Under the pieces are notes generated by a model, which worked only from the letters and a program-made list of their open reading frames with translations, searched no databases and was not told the DNA's origin. Positions 58,458-64,000 of a DNA stretch of 64,000 nt are shown piece by piece. Numbering within the stretch: the stretch's first letter is position 1; every line of letters begins with the position of its first letter. The DNA is taken from assembly GCA_030679145.1 (NCBI GenBank), contig JAUXTU010000036.1, forward strand, positions 86,480 through 150,479, in the 5' to 3' direction. The position numbers and the translations under genes are program-made. Source of the DNA: Bacteroidota bacterium. Its GTDB lineage: Bacteria; Bacteroidota; Ignavibacteria; UBA10030; UBA8401.

Positions 58458-59786
58458 ATGCAAATGATTGAAAAAACTAAAAAAATTTATGTGGAAACCT
58501 ATGGATGTCAGATGAATGTGGCTGATACCGAGGTTGTGCTAAGTGTAATGGATGGAATTGGTTACAAACTTACTCAGCAGGCAGATCAGGCTGATGTAAT
58601 TTTTGTAAACACATGCAGCGTAAGAGATAATGCGGAAGCTCGCGTAAAACAACGCGTGTCTGAATTAAAAAACCATAAACGAAATAATCCCGAAGTGCTG
58701 ATTGGAATTCTTGGCTGTATGGCTGAGCGGTTACGCACAGAGTTAATTGATAAAAATAATGTTGTCGATCTGGTTGTTGGTCCCGATGAATATCGTAAAC
58801 TTCCAAAATTGATCGAAGATGCACAAGCGGGTTTACGCGGCATTGCGGTAAAACTTTCCCGCGTAGAAAATTATGATGATATCACTCCGCTACGCACAGA
58901 AGGGATCAGTGCGTGGCTTTCGGTAATGCGCGGTTGTGATAAGTTTTGCACATTCTGCGTTGTTCCGTTCACTCGCGGACGTGAACGAAGCAGAAGTTTG
59001 AACAGCGTTGTTGAAGAAGTTTGCAAATTAAGTGCGCAAGGATTTAAAGAAGTTACACTGCTGGGGCAAAATGTTAACTCGTATCACGATGGAAGAAATG
59101 ATTTCTCTGATCTATTGAAATCTGTTGCGGAAGTTGACAGCACGATACGAGTTCGATATATGACCTCTCATCCCCAGGATATGGATGACAAACTGATCGA
59201 GACGATCGCGTCACATAAGAATATTTGCAAATATGTTCATTTACCGGTTCAATCCGGTTCAAACAGAATTTTGAAACTGATGAATCGTACGTATACCATT
59301 GAACATTATCTTGGCTTGATGAGCAAAATAAAACGAGCGATGCCGGAAGCGAGTTTTTCTACCGATTTTATCGCCGGCTTCCCGACGGAAACAAAAGAAG
59401 ATCATCAGATGACGTTGGATATCATGAAAGAAGTTCGATACGATGGGGCGTTCATGTTCAAATATTCTCCGCGTGAAAATACGAAAGCGTGGGATATGGG
59501 TGATGATGTTCCTGAAGAATTGAAAGTAGAACGGTTAAGTGAGATCATTGAAATACAGAGCATAATATCACAAGAAATAAATCAATCAATGATTGGAAAA
59601 GAAGTTGAAGTGTTGATCGAGCGGGACAGTTCGCGTTCTGCAGATGATCTGCTTGGACGAACAGATACGAATAAAAAAACTCTTTTCGCAAGAGAAGATG
59701 CCACAGTTGGTCAGTATCGTAAAGTAAAAATTGAACGAACTAATGCACAAACATTGTTCGGTAAACTTATTTCAAACGTAAATTGA
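58458..59786 (+). CDS. miaB: tRNA-i6A37 methylthiotransferase MiaB.
   Basis: KIYVETYGCQMNVADTEV (MTTase N domain), radical-SAM CDKFCTFC motif, TRAM domain at the C-terminus. Start placed at MQMIEK. Confidence 0.85.
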   Translation: MQMIEKTKKIYVETYGCQMNVADTEVVLSVMDGIGYKLTQQADQADVIFVNTCSVRDNAEARVKQRVSELKNHKRNNPEVLIGILGCMAERLRTELIDKNNVVDLVVGPDEYRKLPKLIEDAQAGLRGIAVKLSRVENYDDITPLRTEGISAWLSVMRGCDKFCTFCVVPFTRGRERSRSLNSVVEEVCKLSAQGFKEVTLLGQNVNSYHDGRNDFSDLLKSVAEVDSTIRVRYMTSHPQDMDDKLIETIASHKNICKYVHLPVQSGSNRILKLMNRTYTIEHYLGLMSKIKRAMPEASFSTDFIAGFPTETKEDHQMTLDIMKEVRYDGAFMFKYSPRENTKAWDMGDDVPEELKVERLSEIIEIQSIISQEINQSMIGKEVEVLIERDSSRSADDLLGRTDTNKKTLFAREDATVGQYRKVKIERTNAQTLFGKLISNVN

Positions 59787-60532
59787 ACGGAAAGAATATG
59801 AAATCACAATCCATCTCTAAAGCTTATCATACGCAATTGATTGGAATGTTTCTTCTTTCAACATCATTCCTTGCCGCACAATTGAGCGAACAAGATGTCC
59901 GCCAACGGCTTGATTTGATCCATTCCGGAAAGATCGCAGAAGTTCGCATAGAAGTACAGTCACTTCTCAGTCAGATTCCAAGCGACCCCGGTGTGCAATA
60001 TCTTGATGCGTATGTAACAGAAAGCGGCGACCAAGCGGTAAAAAAATATCAAACATTTGTTGATACATACCCGAGCAATGAGTGGGCGGATGATGCGTTG
60101 TATAAGGTTTATCAATACTATTATGCTGTCGGACTGTACAAAACGGCGGATGCAAAATTGAATTTGTTGAATGAGCAGTATCCAAATTCTATCTATGCAA
60201 AACGAGAAGTAAAACCGGAAGCAAAACCTGTTGTGAAAACCGAAACAACTCCCGTAGTTGAAGAGAAGAAAGAAGTTGTTATTCCTACTCCTATCACCGG
60301 TAATTTTGTGGTGCAAATTGGTGTGTATTCACAGGAAGTAAAAGCACAGCAGCAAGCAGCGGAATTATCGACAACGGTTGGTAAGCAAGCAATTGTTTTC
60401 GCTAAACAAAGCGGTGAAAAAACAGTGTATGCTGTAGGATTTGAAAGTTTCACAGATGAACAATCAGCAAGAGCATTTGGGGCAGAATTACAATCAAAGT
60501 TCAATCTTGAATGGTTTTTGGTGAAACGGTGA
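59783..60532 (+). CDS. SPOR-domain protein with an N-terminal TPR-like region.
   Basis: C-terminal SPOR-like …FVVQIGVYSQEVKAQQQAAEL…AIVFAKQSGEKTVYAVGFESFTDEQSARAFGAEL…. Confidence 0.6.
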   Translation: MNGKNMKSQSISKAYHTQLIGMFLLSTSFLAAQLSEQDVRQRLDLIHSGKIAEVRIEVQSLLSQIPSDPGVQYLDAYVTESGDQAVKKYQTFVDTYPSNEWADDALYKVYQYYYAVGLYKTADAKLNLLNEQYPNSIYAKREVKPEAKPVVKTETTPVVEEKKEVVIPTPITGNFVVQIGVYSQEVKAQQQAAELSTTVGKQAIVFAKQSGEKTVYAVGFESFTDEQSARAFGAELQSKFNLEWFLVKR

Positions 60533-61665
60533 ACGGAGTTCAAGTGCCTGAGACATTGAACAGAAAAGAATTTCAGCGACAATTTGGAATTATCGGTGAA
60601 TCGCTTGAGATGCAGGAACTTGTACAAGTGATCCAGCATGTTGCGCCTACGGATATTACGGTGCTTGTAACTGGTGAAAGCGGCGTTGGAAAAGAAGTAG
60701 TTGCGCAGGCAATCCACGGTGCAAGTAAACGAGCAAAAAAGTCCATGGTGACGGTGAATTGCGGAGCTATTCCTGAAGGGATCATCGAATCAGAATTGTT
60801 CGGACACGAGAGAGGTTCCTTTACAGGTGCGAGCGGAGAACGCAAAGGATATTTTGAACTGGCAGACGGCGGAACGATTTTTCTTGACGAGATTGGTGAA
60901 CTTCCGCTGGCAACACAAGTAAAATTCCTTCGCATTTTAGAAAATGGAGAGTTTTTACGTGTTGGTTCTTCTGTTGCACGTAAAGTTGATGTGCGAGTTA
61001 TCGCCGCAACGAATAAGGATCTGGAGGCAGAAGTGCGGAACGGAAACTTCAGACAGGATCTATTTTATCGGCTTCGTTCTGTGAATGTACGAATTCCGGC
61101 GTTACGAGAACGAAAAGAAGATATTCCATTGCTCTTTGAAAAATTTATTGAAGAATTTTCTGCAAAAAATGGAATTAGATTCGGCGGAATGACACCTGCA
61201 GCAAAAGATTTTATTCAACATTATTATTGGCAGGGAAATGTTCGAGAACTCCGCAACGTAGTCGAAAGTATGCTCGTACTCGAACGAGGGAAGAAGTTGG
61301 ATGTCGACGATATTAAAAAATATCTTCGCATTCCATCCGATGAACGAAATCTTCCTGTGCTTGTATCAAAAACAAATGATTTTGATGAACGACAATTGTT
61401 ATATCGTGCATTGATCGAATTGAAGAACGACATGCTCGACGTAAAGAATATTTTGAAAAATGTGATCGGGATGAACGGTGCATCCGGCGGTAATCAAAAC
61501 AGTTCGCCTAATGCAATTCAAGAGAACATGTCGCTTGCAGAGATGGAGCGGAGAATGATCGAAACAGCGCTAAAAAAATACCATAATAACAGAAGACTCG
61601 CCGCTGATGAGTTGAAGATTTCCGAGCGGACATTGTATCGTAAAATAAAAGAATACGGGATATAA
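60511..61665 (+). CDS. Sigma-54-dependent transcriptional activator with an AAA+ domain and Fis-type HTH. It has no receiver or sensor domain.
   Basis: Walker A GESGVGKE, GAFTGA-like ERGSFTGASGE, Walker B GGTIFLDEIGEL, C-terminal HTH SERTLYRKIKEYGI. Confidence 0.8.
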   Translation: MVFGETVNGVQVPETLNRKEFQRQFGIIGESLEMQELVQVIQHVAPTDITVLVTGESGVGKEVVAQAIHGASKRAKKSMVTVNCGAIPEGIIESELFGHERGSFTGASGERKGYFELADGGTIFLDEIGELPLATQVKFLRILENGEFLRVGSSVARKVDVRVIAATNKDLEAEVRNGNFRQDLFYRLRSVNVRIPALRERKEDIPLLFEKFIEEFSAKNGIRFGGMTPAAKDFIQHYYWQGNVRELRNVVESMLVLERGKKLDVDDIKKYLRIPSDERNLPVLVSKTNDFDERQLLYRALIELKNDMLDVKNILKNVIGMNGASGGNQNSSPNAIQENMSLAEMERRMIETALKKYHNNRRLAADELKISERTLYRKIKEYGI

Positions 61666-62196
61666 TTGAAAATGAACAATGGAAAATTGACAATTGAAAA
61701 AATACCAAAAGCGATTCTGCTTTCATTGCTCATTGTCAATTTTCAATTGTCAATTGGCTGTTACAGTTTCACCGGTGCATCGGTTCCTGCACACTTAAAA
61801 ACTGTAGCGATTCCTTTATTTGAAGATGTCAGCGGTTTTGGCGAGCCGGGATTGCGCGAGAAGTTCACCCAAAAGTTGATCGAACTGTTCCGCAACGACA
61901 ATAATCTGGAAATAGGCGAACGCTTAACCGCAGATTCGATTGTTGAAGGGACAATTACTTCGGTGATAGATGCTCCGCAGGTTATCGGCGGAAACAATAT
62001 CATTACAACGCGCAAAATTACCATTACCATTCACGCATCATATACTGATATGAAATTGAGGAAGAAAATCTGGGAGAGAGATTTTTCTGCGTGGGGAGAA
62101 TATACGCAGGGGCAACAGATCCGCGACGTTGCATTAACAGAAGCGGTCAATAAAGCAGCCGAAGATATTTTATTGGAAACAGTATCCGGCTGGTAA
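61666..62196 (+). CDS. LptE-like LPS-assembly lipoprotein.
   Basis: Lipoprotein signal …LSIGCYSF. Its position directly after a sigma-54 activator is a pairing conserved in Bacteroidetes (established knowledge). Modest sequence resemblance. Confidence 0.45.
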   Translation: MKMNNGKLTIEKIPKAILLSLLIVNFQLSIGCYSFTGASVPAHLKTVAIPLFEDVSGFGEPGLREKFTQKLIELFRNDNNLEIGERLTADSIVEGTITSVIDAPQVIGGNNIITTRKITITIHASYTDMKLRKKIWERDFSAWGEYTQGQQIRDVALTEAVNKAAEDILLETVSGW

Positions 62197-62251
62197 TATT
62201 TATTTCGCAAACAAAGAACACTATATAATTCATACTTAATCATTTACTACT

Positions 62252-63751
62252 ATGGAACAATTTATACTCATTTCGTACATCATCTGCTTAAGCATCTTGT
62301 TTATCTTCGGTGCTCACGGTTTTGTCATGGTCTATCATTATTATCGTCATCGCAACGAAGTTGAAGGTGATCTACCGTTGAATGAAACACCGATGGTGAC
62401 CATTCAACTTCCTCTCTACAATGAGATGTATGTGGTGCGCCGATTGATCGATGCATCGTGCGTGATCGAGTATCCGAATGACAAACTTGAGATTCAGGTG
62501 CTTGATGATTCGACCGATGAAACAGTTGATCTTGTTGCCAGTATCGTTCGTGAAAAACAGGCGCAAGGTTACAACATCCATCATGTCCGCCGATCAAATC
62601 GTCAGGGATTCAAAGCCGGCGCTTTGAAAGAGGGACTAACAACCGCAAAAGGTGAATTTGTTGCGATCTTTGATGCTGATTTCATCCCCAAACCTGAGTT
62701 TTTACGGAAGACGATTCCATATTTTTTCCAAGATGAAAAAATTGGAATGGTGCAGACGCGTTGGGAACATTTGAACGGCGACTATTCTTTGATGACACGA
62801 ACGCAAGCAATGGCATTAGATGGACATTTTGTGATTGAACAGAATATTCGGAATAAAGCCGGATACTTCATCAATTTTAACGGAACGGGAGGAGTATGGA
62901 GAAAAGCTACCATAATCGATGCGGGAAACTGGCAGGCTGATACATTGACAGAAGATCTTGATTTGAGCTATCGTTCGCAGTTACGAGGATGGAAATTTAA
63001 ATTCCTTCGCGATGTAACCTCTCCGGCAGAACTTCCGGCAGAGATTAATGCGTTGAAGTCACAGCAGTTCCGCTGGACGAAAGGCGCAATTGAAACTGCG
63101 CGCAAACTTCTTCCAATGGTATGGAAGTCGAATATTCCATTCCGGATTAAATTTCACAGTACGTTCCATTTAACGAATAATATCGTATTTCCATTTATCA
63201 TTCTTGCAAGTATTTTGAATGTTCCGCTGACATTCATTAAGCATGGCGGTCAATTCAATGCATACTTCGATTTTATGTCAGTGTTTGTTCTTGCGTTCAT
63301 CGGTTCGTTCCTATTCTATTTGTATTCACAGAAGGATATTTATACAGATTGGCGAAAACGCATTATGTTGTTTCCAGTGTTTATGGCAGGAAGCATGGGT
63401 TTTGCAGTGAACAACAGTAAAGCAGTGCTCGAAGGATTGTTCAAACGAAAAAGTGAATTTGTTCGCACGCCAAAATATGGTATCGAAGGAAAAAAACAAT
63501 CCTGGAACGATAAAAAATATGTTCCGATCAAATTTAGCTGGATGGTTATCGTAGAAGTTGTTCTTGCATTGTACTGTTTCTTTGGAGTTCTTTCCTCACT
63601 ATACTATCTAGAAATTGCAGCTGTTCCATTTCAATTGCTCTTTACCGCGGGTTATGGTTTTGTAGCAATGCTTTCTGTTCAGCAAGTGTTTGAAGCGCGC
63701 CGCATAAAAATGGCGCAGCTGAATTTGGTAGTTGAACCTCTTGCAGTATAA
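62252..63751 (+). CDS. Processive family-2 glycosyltransferase (cellulose synthase or NodC-like).
   Basis: D, DxD (FDADF), TED and Q(Q/R)xRW (SQQFRWTKG) motifs. N- and C-terminal transmembrane helices. Confidence 0.75.
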   Translation: MEQFILISYIICLSILFIFGAHGFVMVYHYYRHRNEVEGDLPLNETPMVTIQLPLYNEMYVVRRLIDASCVIEYPNDKLEIQVLDDSTDETVDLVASIVREKQAQGYNIHHVRRSNRQGFKAGALKEGLTTAKGEFVAIFDADFIPKPEFLRKTIPYFFQDEKIGMVQTRWEHLNGDYSLMTRTQAMALDGHFVIEQNIRNKAGYFINFNGTGGVWRKATIIDAGNWQADTLTEDLDLSYRSQLRGWKFKFLRDVTSPAELPAEINALKSQQFRWTKGAIETARKLLPMVWKSNIPFRIKFHSTFHLTNNIVFPFIILASILNVPLTFIKHGGQFNAYFDFMSVFVLAFIGSFLFYLYSQKDIYTDWRKRIMLFPVFMAGSMGFAVNNSKAVLEGLFKRKSEFVRTPKYGIEGKKQSWNDKKYVPIKFSWMVIVEVVLALYCFFGVLSSLYYLEIAAVPFQLLFTAGYGFVAMLSVQQVFEARRIKMAQLNLVVEPLAV

Positions 63752-63769
63752 ACCATTTTATTCCGTAAA

Positions 63770-63804
63770 AACAACAAAGCCGGTTAAAAGCCGGCTTTGT
63801 TGTT
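63770..63804. terminator. Hairpin terminator. On the minus strand it is followed by a T-run.
   Basis: aacaacaaagccgg-ttaaaa-gccggctttgttgtt. The minus-strand reading continues with TTTTT. Confidence 0.55.
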
Positions 63805-63825
63805 ACAAAAGAAATTATCAAATAT

Positions 63826-64000
63826 TTATAAACCCAGTTTATGTAGCACAAAATCAATTTTGCTCTTTATTCCAAGCTTATAACCAAATCTGGAGGCAGT
63901 ACCTCTTCCGAGATGATGGATATAGTTTTCAATTGGAAAATTAAGAAATTTAAATCCAAGTCTATGAGCATCCGTAAAGTTTTTTAATGTTGGAAGCCCG
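63826..64000 (-). CDS. C-terminal fragment of an unidentified protein. The gene starts beyond the window edge.
   Basis: Reverse-strand frame reads …GLPTLKNFTDAHRLGFKFLNFPIENYIHHLGRGTASRFGYKLGIKSKIDFVLHKLGL*. It is followed by the hairpin terminator. Confidence 0.35.
   Translation of the reverse strand, partial: GLPTLKNFTDAHRLGFKFLNFPIENYIHHLGRGTASRFGYKLGIKSKIDFVLHKLGL

Overview
The window is low-GC chromosomal DNA, probably from an FCB-group bacterium (Bacteroidetes or Ignavibacteriae-like). The basis for this: four proteins end in a T9SS type-A sorting domain (motif QNYPNPFNPTTTI...KKLLLLK), there is a TonB-dependent receptor plus DUF4249-like lipoprotein pair, and most genes lack a Shine-Dalgarno sequence. 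Housekeeping genes include a 5' fragment of pyruvate:ferredoxin oxidoreductase, a CcmF-like heme lyase, lepA, two tandem lepB copies, hemW, queF, pta, miaB, a sigma-54 activator with an LptE-like gene, and several glycosyltransferases (GT2, GT39, GT4, CESA-like GT2). Accessory content includes: (i) a compact minus-strand module made of a DEDDh exonuclease, a 261-aa unknown protein, a PIN nuclease and a 178-aa unknown protein, sitting between PFOR and ccmF; (ii) a secreted TPR-CHAT caspase-like protease convergent with an ECF sigma and ZAS anti-sigma pair; (iii) an M1 zinc aminopeptidase fused to a putative Omp85-like beta-barrel; (iv) an 829-bp IS1595-family element with 23-bp inverted repeats and an 8-bp target duplication; (v) an ORF6N gene wedged between lepA and lepB; (vi) a tandem array of T9SS cargo proteins, one about 1280 aa with beta-helix and DUF11 domains; (vii) a family of at least 7 intergenic palindromic repeats with GTCAT(T/G)(C/G)CGA...ATGAC termini; (viii) a conserved 43-nt element upstream of two adjacent beta-propeller genes. 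I found no rRNA, tRNA or CRISPR array. All calls rest on reading the supplied translations and the DNA by eye; no database search was possible.
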